Shown here piece after piece: positions 1 to 9,196 of a stretch of DNA of 64,000 bases. The notes beneath the pieces were generated by a model, which ran no database searches, was not told the origin of the DNA, and was given only the letters and a program-made list of their open reading frames with translations. Source of the DNA: Chthonomonadales bacterium (GTDB lineage: Bacteria; Armatimonadota; Chthonomonadetes; Chthonomonadales; Chthonomonadaceae); contig JBBQPO010000001.1 of assembly GCA_038217285.1 (NCBI GenBank), positions 5,841 to 69,840 of the forward strand, in the 5' to 3' direction. Position 1 is the first letter of the stretch; the number at the start of each line of letters is the position of its first letter. Made by a program: the position numbers and the translations under genes.

Positions 1-618
1 GGCAAGTTCCGGTTCCCTGAATTTAAGGGGCAGGCATGGCGTGAAGCAAAATTGGGTGAGTTTTTGTCACAGATGTCAGAACGTTGTCCTGTTAATGAGA
101 CACCTGTCGTATTGTCCTGTTCGAAACTATACGGCATATTGTTACAGTCGGATCGCTTTTCAAAGCAAATGGCCTCGCACGACTTACGACGCTATAAGTT
201 CGTCGAGGCTGGCAATCTGGTATTCGACCCCATGCTTTTGTGGGACGCTTCCATCGCTTTCTCAGAATTACGCGGAGTTGTCTCACCTGCTTATTGTACT
301 CTGCAGTTTGTGTCCGAACAGGCCGACCGGCGCTTTTTTCGCTATCTTCTCTACACTGCCACTATGCGCTACAACTACAAGGCAATTTCAAAAGGAACCA
401 ACGCACGACGCAAAAAGGTCACAGCCTCTGATTTTCTCAAAATCGATGTTCGAATTCCTTCCCTGCTTGAGCAAAGCAAAATTGCAGAAGTACTGGAATT
501 GGTGGATTCCGAGATCGCATTGCTACGCCGGGAACTGGACGTGCTGAAAAAGCAGAAGCAGGAATTAATGCATCAGTTGCTGACCGGGCAGGTGCGCGTG
601 AAGGAGTTTCATCCATGA
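1..618 (+). CDS. hsdS: Type I restriction-modification specificity subunit HsdS, C-terminal part (5' end outside window)
   Basis: The frame is open from nt 1 (GKFRFPEFKGQAWREAKLGEF...). A target-recognition domain is followed by the conserved C-terminal helix LLEQSKIAEVLELVDSEIALLRRELDVLKKQKQELMHQLLTGQVRV, typical of HsdS. The stop overlaps the hsdR start (ATGA, 615-618). Confidence 0.85.
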   Translation, partial: GKFRFPEFKGQAWREAKLGEFLSQMSERCPVNETPVVLSCSKLYGILLQSDRFSKQMASHDLRRYKFVEAGNLVFDPMLLWDASIAFSELRGVVSPAYCTLQFVSEQADRRFFRYLLYTATMRYNYKAISKGTNARRKKVTASDFLKIDVRIPSLLEQSKIAEVLELVDSEIALLRRELDVLKKQKQELMHQLLTGQVRVKEFHP

Positions 619-3600
619 GCGCGACAATAGGCCCGGACGATGAGGAAGTTGGCTTCGAAGGGACGGAGCGGGAGCAGTCGCAGATGGCTGCGGTTGCCCT
701 ACTCTCTCGTCTTGGCTACCAGTATTTGACGCGGAAAGAGGCGCTGGAGATGCGCGGTGGGAAGGCGTCACGTATCCTGCTGACGGACATCCTGAGCGCC
801 CAACTTTCAAAACTGAATCGGATCCGCTACAAAGGCCGCGAGGAGTATTTCACTCAGGCGAACGTCCGGCGAGCGATCCAGGCTCTGGAGGATGTGCCGC
901 TGGTCGAGGGGATGCAGAGGGCGGGGGAGCAGGTTTACGATCTGCTGCGCCTGGGCAAGAGCCTGGAACAGACTATTGAAGGCGACAAGGGAGAGCGGGA
1001 TACTAAGAGCTTCACCATCCGCTATGTAGACTGGGAGAACCCGCAAAACAACGTCTATCATGTCACCACGGAGTACAGTCTGCTTCGGGCGAGCAGTCAG
1101 AAGATGTGCTTGCTCGACGTGGTTCTCTTCGTCAATGGCATTCCGTTCGTCGTGGTGGAGTGCAAAAATCGGGGTGTAGATGTTGCCGAAGCCATCTCCA
1201 ACATTCTGGCCTATCAGAGCGCCGATTTCGTGCCGGAACTGTTCAAATACATACAGGTCGTTCTCGCCACCAATGTCAACGAGGCGAAGTATGCGACGGT
1301 CGGAACCGAAGCGAAGTTCTGGGCGGTCTGGAGGAGCAGGGTAGATCCGGATGCGGAGATCGAGGCGCTGCTTCGAAAACCTCTCCCTGAGAAAGAGCGT
1401 GAGGCCGTTCTGAGTAACTTCGTCCATGAAGAGCGGCAGTTCTACGCCATCGAACAGCAGGGACGTAAAGCGACGGAACAGGACCGGGCACTCTATAACC
1501 TGTGCCGCCCGGAATGCTTGATCGAACTGACCGGAAAGTTCGTTCTGTACGATGGCGGCATCAAAAAGATCGCCCGGTATCACCAATACGACGCCGTCGA
1601 ACAGGCGCTCAAGCGAATTCTCACCCGCCAGAGCGATGGCAAACGACTTGGCGGCGTCATCTGGCACACGCAAGGCAGCGGCAAATCGCTGACGATGGTC
1701 ATGCTCGCAAATGCGATTGCCCTGTCGAAAGAGATCGAGAACCCCCGTATCATCCTCGTCACCGACCGCACCGACCTCGATAAACAGATTGCCGGAACCT
1801 TCTACCGCTGCGCTCTGGAGCCGAAACGCGCCACCAGCGGAGCCGATCTACGCCGGCTTGTCAGTGACAGCCGGGCGGGTGTCATTACCACGCTGGTACA
1901 GAAGTTTCAGGCGGCTATGACGCAGGGAGAGTTCACCGATGCTTCGCCGGACATCTTCGTACTCGTAGATGAAAGCCACCGCACCCAGTACGGCACGTTG
2001 CATGCACAGATGCGTCGTGTCTTCCCGAACGCCTGTTATCTGGGTTTCACCGGAACCCCGCTTCTACGCGACGACAAAAGTACGCTGACAAAGTTTGGCG
2101 GACTGATAGATGCTTATGACATGGAGCAGGCAGTGGAGGACAAGGCGGTCGTGCCGTTGCTCTACGAGCGCCGCCATGTCCCGCAGGATGTTCAGAGCGG
2201 GCCGATAGATCGCTGGTTCGAGCGTATCTGTGAGGGATTGACCGAAGAGCAGAAGAAGGATCTCAAAAAGAAGTATAGCCGTGCAGAGCCGCTTCTTAAG
2301 ACCGATGAGAGACTGCGCGAAATCGCCTACGATGTGTGGGGACACTACCGCACAAGTTGGCAGGGAGCGGACGGTTTCAAGGCGCAGTTGGTCGCGCCGG
2401 ATCGTCTCTCGGCTCTCAAACTGCACGACTACCTGGAAGACCTCGGCAAAACCGATGGCAAGACTATTTCATCCGCCGTCGTTATCTCGACCAATCGCGA
2501 TGATCGCGAAGGTTATGAAGAGACAAACGATCCGATCTCCAACCGGATTGCGGACTTTGGAAGGCAGATAGAGAAGGAGTACGGCTCTGAAGAGCAGTAC
2601 GATGAAAGCATTATAGATCGCTTCAAACACGCGGAGGAACCGGAAATTCTGATCGTGGTCGATAAATTACTGACGGGTTTCGATGCACCTTGCAACACCG
2701 TCCTCTACCTGGCTCGGCGTCTCGCCCACCATTCGCTGCTCCAGGCCATTGCGCGCGTCAATCGTCTCTACCCTGGCAAAGAGTTCGGCTTCATTCTGGA
2801 CTATGTCGGCGTGTTGGGGGAACTGGATCGCGCTTTGAATGAGTATGCCGCGCTAAAAGGCTACGATCTGTCCGACATCGAAGGCACCATCGATAGTATC
2901 CGAACGGAGCTCCAATCCTTACCGCAGCGCTATGCCGATCTGATAGATCTCTTCCGTTCCATTCAGAACAAGAGCGATGAGGAGGAATATGAACTCCTCC
3001 TTGCCGAGGAGGACGTTCGCAAGGAGTTTTATAGTGTGCTGGCAGCGTTCTCGAAATCCCTGAAGATAGCGCTCTCCACGGAACTGTTCTATGAAGAGAC
3101 GCCCCCAGAGGTCATCGAACGCTATAAGGTCGATCTACGCCGTTTCCAAAAACTACGTGCTTCCGTGCAGCGACGCTATGCGGATACCGTCGATATGAAG
3201 GCTTATGAACCGCAGATCGCCAAGCTGCTGGACACCTATGTCCATTCGGATGCCGTCGAAATCCTGACTGCCGGTCCTATCAATATTTTTGACGACAAAG
3301 CGATGGAAGCGGCGCTGGAGCAGTTGACATCCAAAACAGAGGCGGCGCAAGCGGACCTGATTGCCAGCAACACCGACAGGACGCTTATTGAGCGGATGGA
3401 CGAAGACCCGGCGCTCTATCGCAAGTTTTCCGAAATGATTCAGGAGACGATCAAGGCATTCCGTGATCGCCTGATAACCGAGACGGATTACCTGCAAAGA
3501 GTGCTCGACATTCGTGGGCAGGTCGTTTCGCGTTCGGGGAGCGATGTGCCGACCCGGCTTGCAGGGAACGATATCGCCCAGGCATACTATCGTCTAGTGC

Positions 3601-3860
3601 TGGAACGCCTGGATACTATCACAAAACAACCGGGAGATAACGAAGTTGCTGTCGATCTGGCCCTGATGATTGAAGAGGCTATCCGTAAAGAGGTTGTCGT
3701 CGATTGGCGGCAGAAGGAGGACATTATCAACCGGATGCGCTCCAACATCGACGATGGGTTTTTTGAACTATCTGAGCAGGGCAAACTGGAACTCAACTGG
3801 ATGGTACTGGACGAAATAGCCGGAGAAGCCTTGCGCGTTGCCAGGAGCAGACTGGAATGA
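615..3860 (+). CDS. hsdR: Type I restriction enzyme R subunit (HsdR), 1081 aa
   Basis: N-terminal PD-(D/E)xK motif (LLDVVLFVNGIPFVVVECK). SF2 motor motifs TQGSGKSLTM (Walker A), VLVDESHRTQ (DExH) and FTGTP. Length and domain order are typical of HsdR. ATGA overlaps link it to both neighbours. Confidence 0.92.
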   Translation: MSATIGPDDEEVGFEGTEREQSQMAAVALLSRLGYQYLTRKEALEMRGGKASRILLTDILSAQLSKLNRIRYKGREEYFTQANVRRAIQALEDVPLVEGMQRAGEQVYDLLRLGKSLEQTIEGDKGERDTKSFTIRYVDWENPQNNVYHVTTEYSLLRASSQKMCLLDVVLFVNGIPFVVVECKNRGVDVAEAISNILAYQSADFVPELFKYIQVVLATNVNEAKYATVGTEAKFWAVWRSRVDPDAEIEALLRKPLPEKEREAVLSNFVHEERQFYAIEQQGRKATEQDRALYNLCRPECLIELTGKFVLYDGGIKKIARYHQYDAVEQALKRILTRQSDGKRLGGVIWHTQGSGKSLTMVMLANAIALSKEIENPRIILVTDRTDLDKQIAGTFYRCALEPKRATSGADLRRLVSDSRAGVITTLVQKFQAAMTQGEFTDASPDIFVLVDESHRTQYGTLHAQMRRVFPNACYLGFTGTPLLRDDKSTLTKFGGLIDAYDMEQAVEDKAVVPLLYERRHVPQDVQSGPIDRWFERICEGLTEEQKKDLKKKYSRAEPLLKTDERLREIAYDVWGHYRTSWQGADGFKAQLVAPDRLSALKLHDYLEDLGKTDGKTISSAVVISTNRDDREGYEETNDPISNRIADFGRQIEKEYGSEEQYDESIIDRFKHAEEPEILIVVDKLLTGFDAPCNTVLYLARRLAHHSLLQAIARVNRLYPGKEFGFILDYVGVLGELDRALNEYAALKGYDLSDIEGTIDSIRTELQSLPQRYADLIDLFRSIQNKSDEEEYELLLAEEDVRKEFYSVLAAFSKSLKIALSTELFYEETPPEVIERYKVDLRRFQKLRASVQRRYADTVDMKAYEPQIAKLLDTYVHSDAVEILTAGPINIFDDKAMEAALEQLTSKTEAAQADLIASNTDRTLIERMDEDPALYRKFSEMIQETIKAFRDRLITETDYLQRVLDIRGQVVSRSGSDVPTRLAGNDIAQAYYRLVLERLDTITKQPGDNEVAVDLALMIEEAIRKEVVVDWRQKEDIINRMRSNIDDGFFELSEQGKLELNWMVLDEIAGEALRVARSRLE

Positions 3861-4558
3861 GCAGCGTCACCTACGGAAGCCGGACTATCTCCTATTCACT
3901 GAATCGTGCAGACCGCAAGACACTGGCCATCACCGTAAAGCCAGATATGTCCGTCGTAGTCTCCGCTCCACATGCCGCAGAACAAGAAGCCATCGAGTGC
4001 ATTCTGCGCAAGCGCTCTGCCTGGATAGTTCGTCAACAGCGTTTCTTCGCCCAGTTCTTGCCACGTACCCCTGCCCGGCAGTTTGTAAGCGGGGAGACCC
4101 ATCTTTACCTCGGGCGGCAGTATCGCCTGCGCCTCCGTCAAGCCGAAAATGAAGACGTCAAACTGATCGCCGGTTACCTCTATATCTATGTTGGAGACAC
4201 TTCCGATGGAGATAAAGTGAGAGAACTGCTCTGTCACTGGTACGCGACCCACGCCGAAGTGCGGTTCAACGAACGCTTAACAGCCTGTATGCAACAGATC
4301 GCAGGCTGGAACATTCCGATGCCCCAATTAGACCTCCGCAGTATGGCGCGTAGCTGGGGCAGTTGCAGTCCAACCGGACGTCTGACGCTCAATATCGATC
4401 TGGTACGCGCTCCGCGCGCCTGCATCGATTACGTGATCCTTCACGAATTCTGTCATCTTGTTCATCCCAACCATTCGAGAGAGTTCTACAAACTGCTCGC
4501 GACGGTCTTACCTGATTGGCGAAGCCGGAAAATGCGTTTGGAAAAGATACTGTCGTAG
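3857..4558 (+). CDS. YgjP-like (DUF45/M48-type) metal-dependent hydrolase
   Basis: 233 aa with an HExxH zinc motif near the C-terminus (HEFCHLVHPNHS). The start overlaps the hsdR stop (ATGA). This family commonly sits next to hsdR. Confidence 0.8.
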   Translation: MSSVTYGSRTISYSLNRADRKTLAITVKPDMSVVVSAPHAAEQEAIECILRKRSAWIVRQQRFFAQFLPRTPARQFVSGETHLYLGRQYRLRLRQAENEDVKLIAGYLYIYVGDTSDGDKVRELLCHWYATHAEVRFNERLTACMQQIAGWNIPMPQLDLRSMARSWGSCSPTGRLTLNIDLVRAPRACIDYVILHEFCHLVHPNHSREFYKLLATVLPDWRSRKMRLEKILS

Positions 4559-4626
4559 AGACATTATAGGCTACGGTTTTGTGACGCAGGCAGTAAGTCG
4601 GCGGTCCAGGTCGAGAAGCAGGAATA

Positions 4627-4665
4627 GACCCGTTCCGAAACAACATCGGAACGGGTCTTTCTCTC
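4627..4665 (+). terminator. Rho-independent terminator after the hsdR/M48 operon
   Basis: Perfect 12-bp stem GACCCGTTCCGA / TCGGAACGGGTC (4627-4638 and 4646-4657), a 7-nt loop, then TTTCT. Confidence 0.75.
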
Positions 4666-4896
4666 ATTCCAAGGAACCGGATTTCCTCGTCAGAGAAGTC
4701 TCTCACAACTCTGCCACATAATCCTCTTCCGAGCGCCTTCCAACGCATACTTCCACCGCGTCCGACGGTCTTGACGGCAGCCGTTTTCCCATAGCGAACG
4801 TTTTCTTGCAGGATATACGACGTTTACGTCGAACTTGGGATTACTGGCTTCGATGTCCGCTACAGAAGCAAATGCCAACCCTCCTGGATACGCCCG

Positions 4897-6933
4897 ATGC
4901 CGTTTTACAAAAACGCCAGTTATGCCGGTGAGACCATTACCCTACAGAATGCAGGCATGCGCGTAGAGTTTCATAAGCGCCTGACCGGTTGGGGCTGGGC
5001 CGAGATATTCAACGGGCAGGGTGAGCCAATCGCCGTCCTCGACCATCTGGGCGAGATCCTGTTGTGCGGTCAGGAGATCCCGATGCGCCTGGAGGCCGCC
5101 GAGGTGCGCCGGGAGGACGGGGAGTTCGGCAGCCGCCTCATCTGCGCCGTACGCTCCCTCATCGTGCGCGACAGTCTGCGTGGAACCTCCTTTCAGGACT
5201 GGATCGACTATCCCCTTGACAGACACATCCTGGAAGGTGAAGTGATCCTGACTCTCTCCCCGGACCGCTCGATCCTTTCCCTCTCGCATCGCTTTACGGC
5301 GAAAGGCAATGTCACGGCACGGTATATACGCGGGCCGTGGCTCAAAGTCGGGCAGGATGCGTTCGGCACGGAGAAAGACGACGCGCTCTTTCCGGGCGTG
5401 GAGTGGCTGGTCGGCGCGGAGTGGTCGAGCGGGACCGACTGGTTCAAAGATCCCTGGGCCAAACGCTGGATGCCGCATCCGAACAAAGTCACTGCGCCCG
5501 TGATGGCTGTCAGTCGGGGCGGAACGGCGATCGGCCTGACCTGGAACCCGGACGCCATGGCGACCGGCTGGTTCAACAACCGGCGCTGCCTCCCGCAGCC
5601 GGTCTTCGCCTCACCGAACTTCCTCGATCGCCGCAACAACCATCTGCTGGGCCTTATGGTTCCCGACGCCAGCAGTGAGGACCAGGAGAACCGGGTCGAA
5701 GCGGAGCCGCCGCTGGAGCTGCACCTCGATCAGCGCATCGCCTTCGACTCCGAGATTCTGCTGTGCGAGGGCAACAGCCTGGATATGATGGTCGCGTGGG
5801 CGCAGCGCACGGGGATGCCCCCGGTTCCTGTGCCGCGCCAGACCCTTCCGGAGGCGCTGCACCGTATCGCGACGGCCTACAACACACACCTGTGGCACGA
5901 AGGCAAGGGATTCGGTAATGGCCAGACACCCGACGACATCCGGGCCAGGGAGCCGCGTTTTGCCGCCCGCTATCTGCGGCAGTTCTCCGGCGCGGCGCCG
6001 GCGCGCGATTTGCAGGCGAAAATCGACTGGTGTCGCGGACAGTCGCCTCGGGAGGAGCGGGCGCCAGCCGAAGCGGAGATTGAGCGACGGCGGCAAGGCG
6101 AAGAGCTGCTTTCTCACCAGCGTCCGGACGGCTCGTTCGCCTTCGATCCCGATGGACGGCACTACCGTAAAGACGATTTCGTGATCGCCCGCGCCTTTCT
6201 GGAGCCGATGGGCCTGGCAGGCGATACCGCACTCGACATCACGATCCTGCCGGCCCTGGAGCTGCTCCGGCTCGCCGAGACGACAGAGGATGCGGACTTC
6301 CGGTCCGCAGCACAGCGGGCGCTCGACTACTGCCTGCCGATGCAGCGGCCCGAAGGCGGCGACTTCTGGGAGACGCCGCTGCACGCGCCCAATCTTCTGG
6401 CGGCCGGGCACGCCGCCTGCGCCTATCTGCTCGGCTCACGCGCCTTTCCCGACGATGATCGCTACCGCCGCAAAGCAGTCTACTGGATTCGCGCCCTGTT
6501 GCCGTTCACGCATCTCTGGGAGCCGCGCAGCCTGCCGATGCTCTATAACACCAAGCCGTGTCTCTGCTCCAGCGACTGGTATTTCGCGAACTGGGTGCGC
6601 GATCACGTGCAGTGGGAGGTCCTGGAGACGTTCGCCCTCTCCACGGAACTAGGTATCGACTGGCAGAGCGTAGACCCGGAATTGGAATGGCGCACCTACC
6701 ATTGGGGCATCACCGTAGCCTCTCTGCGCTGGATGCTCGATCACACCGACGGCAACTGGCTGCCGCACAACCTGCCCGACTCCTACGCCGCCTACCTGCG
6801 GGGCGACTTCGACGCCTGCTTCGCCGACACGCACAACAGCGTTACCGGGCACTACGGTGGTATGGCGATCCTGCCGGATGTCATCGCGCTCAATCTCATG
6901 GCCATTTTGGAGTACGGAGAGGAGGCTTCATGA
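4897..6933 (+). CDS. Hypothetical protein, 678 aa; the C-terminal half has Q-x-x-(D/E)G-type repeats reminiscent of alpha/alpha-toroid (prenyltransferase/terpene-cyclase-like) folds
   Basis: Long ORF at host-like GC. Contains the motifs HQRPDGSFAFD and MQRPEGGDFWE. The stop overlaps the next gene's start (ATGA, 6930-6933). No catalytic motif was recognised. Confidence 0.55.
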   Translation: MPFYKNASYAGETITLQNAGMRVEFHKRLTGWGWAEIFNGQGEPIAVLDHLGEILLCGQEIPMRLEAAEVRREDGEFGSRLICAVRSLIVRDSLRGTSFQDWIDYPLDRHILEGEVILTLSPDRSILSLSHRFTAKGNVTARYIRGPWLKVGQDAFGTEKDDALFPGVEWLVGAEWSSGTDWFKDPWAKRWMPHPNKVTAPVMAVSRGGTAIGLTWNPDAMATGWFNNRRCLPQPVFASPNFLDRRNNHLLGLMVPDASSEDQENRVEAEPPLELHLDQRIAFDSEILLCEGNSLDMMVAWAQRTGMPPVPVPRQTLPEALHRIATAYNTHLWHEGKGFGNGQTPDDIRAREPRFAARYLRQFSGAAPARDLQAKIDWCRGQSPREERAPAEAEIERRRQGEELLSHQRPDGSFAFDPDGRHYRKDDFVIARAFLEPMGLAGDTALDITILPALELLRLAETTEDADFRSAAQRALDYCLPMQRPEGGDFWETPLHAPNLLAAGHAACAYLLGSRAFPDDDRYRRKAVYWIRALLPFTHLWEPRSLPMLYNTKPCLCSSDWYFANWVRDHVQWEVLETFALSTELGIDWQSVDPELEWRTYHWGITVASLRWMLDHTDGNWLPHNLPDSYAAYLRGDFDACFADTHNSVTGHYGGMAILPDVIALNLMAILEYGEEAS

Positions 6934-8030
6934 GGCCTCCTGTGCGTGTGGCAGTGATCGGAACCGGCTGGTGGGCGACGGCCACCCACATTCCAGCGCT
7001 GCTTGAGGACCCCGCCGTCGAACTCGTCGCGCTGTGCGACCGGAGCGCGGAGCGGGTGCAGACGGCCGCGACCGCCTTCGGCATCGAACGTACCTACACC
7101 GACCACCGCGTGCTGCTGGCCGAGATGCGCCCGGACGCGGTCGTCGTCGCTACCACCCATGCGACGCACTTCACGGTCGCCGACGACTGCCTTGCGGCGG
7201 GGACGCACGTGCTTATCGAGAAGCCCATGACGCTCCTGGCAGCGGATGCACGCGCCCTGGTGGAGCATGCGGGACGAGTCGGTCGGGCCGTGATCGTCGG
7301 GTATCCGTGGAACTACCTCGCGCAGGTCCGACAGGTTCAGGCGCGGATCGCCTCCGGAACGCTCGGCCTGATCCAACTGGTGCAGTGCGTCTTCAACTCG
7401 TACAACGCCGATCTTATCGCTGGCAAGGACCGCTCGGCGCATCCCGGAGGTTATGCGGTGCATGGACCAGGCGATGTCTATAGTCGGCCGGAACACTCCG
7501 GCGGCGGGCACGGGCACCTCCAGATAACCCACGCGGCGGGACTGCTCTGCGCCGTCACCGGCCTGCGGGTCGCGCGGGTGCAGGCGCGCATGGCGAACCA
7601 CGGCCTGCCGCTCGATCTGGTCGATGTCATCCTTGTCGAGTTCGAGGGCGGCGCTCTGGGCACGGTGAGCGGAACCAGCAACGGCTTCCTTCCAAAAAGT
7701 ACTCTCTCCCTCGGCTGCGCACGCGGCAGTGTGGAGATGGATATTTTTACCGGAACAACCGTGATTAAGGCGGCAGACGCCGAACGCGAAGCGCTTCCGA
7801 CCGTGGAAGAGCCCGACACGCGGTTCGCGCCGGTGCGCCACTTGATCGCCATCGCCCAGGGCATAGAAGCGCTGCCTGCGCGCCCTGAAGTCGGCCTGCA
7901 CGCCGTGGAACTTCTCGATGCCGCATACCGCTCCGCCGCCGCGAACGGCGCGCCCGTCCGCGTGGAGGAGCTGTATCCACGGGATTTCAATCCCGACGAC
8001 CCTGGATTGTCAAAGAGGACAAACACATGA
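6930..8030 (+). CDS. Gfo/Idh/MocA family NAD(P)-dependent oxidoreductase
   Basis: I chose the internal start MRPPVRVAVIGTGWWA (Rossmann GxGxxA) at 6930, in frame with the 6558 ORF. The EKPM motif is present (VLIEKPMTL). ATGA coupling on both sides. Confidence 0.85.
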   Translation: MRPPVRVAVIGTGWWATATHIPALLEDPAVELVALCDRSAERVQTAATAFGIERTYTDHRVLLAEMRPDAVVVATTHATHFTVADDCLAAGTHVLIEKPMTLLAADARALVEHAGRVGRAVIVGYPWNYLAQVRQVQARIASGTLGLIQLVQCVFNSYNADLIAGKDRSAHPGGYAVHGPGDVYSRPEHSGGGHGHLQITHAAGLLCAVTGLRVARVQARMANHGLPLDLVDVILVEFEGGALGTVSGTSNGFLPKSTLSLGCARGSVEMDIFTGTTVIKAADAEREALPTVEEPDTRFAPVRHLIAIAQGIEALPARPEVGLHAVELLDAAYRSAAANGAPVRVEELYPRDFNPDDPGLSKRTNT

Positions 8031-9196
8031 AGATCACCGAGGTAAAGGCCGTACGGGTCCGGTTTCCGGGTCGGAACGAGCGGGAGGTCGGTCGCAGCAA
8101 GGCGTGGACGCACGACGCGGAGGTCGCCAACCCAATGTCGCGCTACCCCGCTTACAAGCGCCACCGCAGTCTCTGGACCCCGAAATGGGGCGAGGTCTGG
8201 TGCAAAGTAGTGCTTGAAGACGGGACGTGGGGCCTTGGTCAGACCGCCAACGGGCGTCCGGTCGCGGCGGTAATCGACGACCACCTCGGCCCACTGCTGG
8301 TGGGGCACGACGTGATGGCCGGCGAGAATATCGCCGATATGCTCTTCCGCCTGACGAAGCCGTACGGCTCGACGGGACTCGCGTCTTACGCTGTCAGCGC
8401 TATCGATCTGGCGCTCTGGGACGCGCGCGGCAAACACCTGGGTCAGCCGGTCTATGCCTTGCTCGGCGGGCTTCAAAAGGAGAAGATCCAGTGCTACGCC
8501 ACCGGTAACGATGTCGAATGGTACAAAGAACTCGGCTTTACGGCGTTCAAACTGGCCTGCCCCTACGGTCCTGCCGACGGCATCGAAGGGATTCGGAAGA
8601 ATGAGGATTTTGTGGCACGGGCGCGGGAGAGCATCGGCCCGCAGGCGGAACTGATGCTCGACTGCTGGATGGCGTTCGATGTCGAGTACACCGTGCGCCT
8701 CGCCGAAGCCCTGCGGCCCTATGGCCTCAAATGGATGGAGGAGTGCCTGATCCCCGAGGACACCGACGGCCATATCGCCCTTCGGCAGCGGCTGCCCTGG
8801 CAGACGCTCGCGACCGGCGAGCACTGGTATACCCACGTTCCGTTTCTGTGGGCCGCCTCGCACCGGGTCGCCGACATTCTGCAGCCCGACATCAACTGGT
8901 GCGGCGGAGCGACCGCCTGCCGCCGCATTGCAGACGCCGCCGATGCAGCCGGGATTGCCGTCATCCTCCACGCCGGAGGCAACACCGTCTTCGGCCAGCA
9001 CTTCAGTTTCGCGACACCCTGTGTGCCGTGGTGTGAGTTCTTCGTCGCCTCCGATCCGGGCGTTCCGCTCGAAAAAGGCTGGCGCTATCCCGGCCAGAGC
9101 CTGCCGGTCGACGGATGGATCACACCGAACGACGCCCCTGGCTTTGGTCTGGAGGTCGATCCGGCGTGGATCGAACCTTACTGGGGCGCAGAATGA
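8027..9196 (+). CDS. Enolase-superfamily (mandelate racemase/muconate lactonizing) enzyme, sugar-acid (rhamnonate-like) dehydratase candidate
   Basis: 389 aa. The N-terminal capping domain (MKITEVKAVRVRF...WGLGQT) and the barrel region (DCWMAFD, WMEECL, ATGEHW) resemble acid-sugar dehydratases of the enolase superfamily. Confidence 0.75.
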   Translation: MKITEVKAVRVRFPGRNEREVGRSKAWTHDAEVANPMSRYPAYKRHRSLWTPKWGEVWCKVVLEDGTWGLGQTANGRPVAAVIDDHLGPLLVGHDVMAGENIADMLFRLTKPYGSTGLASYAVSAIDLALWDARGKHLGQPVYALLGGLQKEKIQCYATGNDVEWYKELGFTAFKLACPYGPADGIEGIRKNEDFVARARESIGPQAELMLDCWMAFDVEYTVRLAEALRPYGLKWMEECLIPEDTDGHIALRQRLPWQTLATGEHWYTHVPFLWAASHRVADILQPDINWCGGATACRRIADAADAAGIAVILHAGGNTVFGQHFSFATPCVPWCEFFVASDPGVPLEKGWRYPGQSLPVDGWITPNDAPGFGLEVDPAWIEPYWGAE

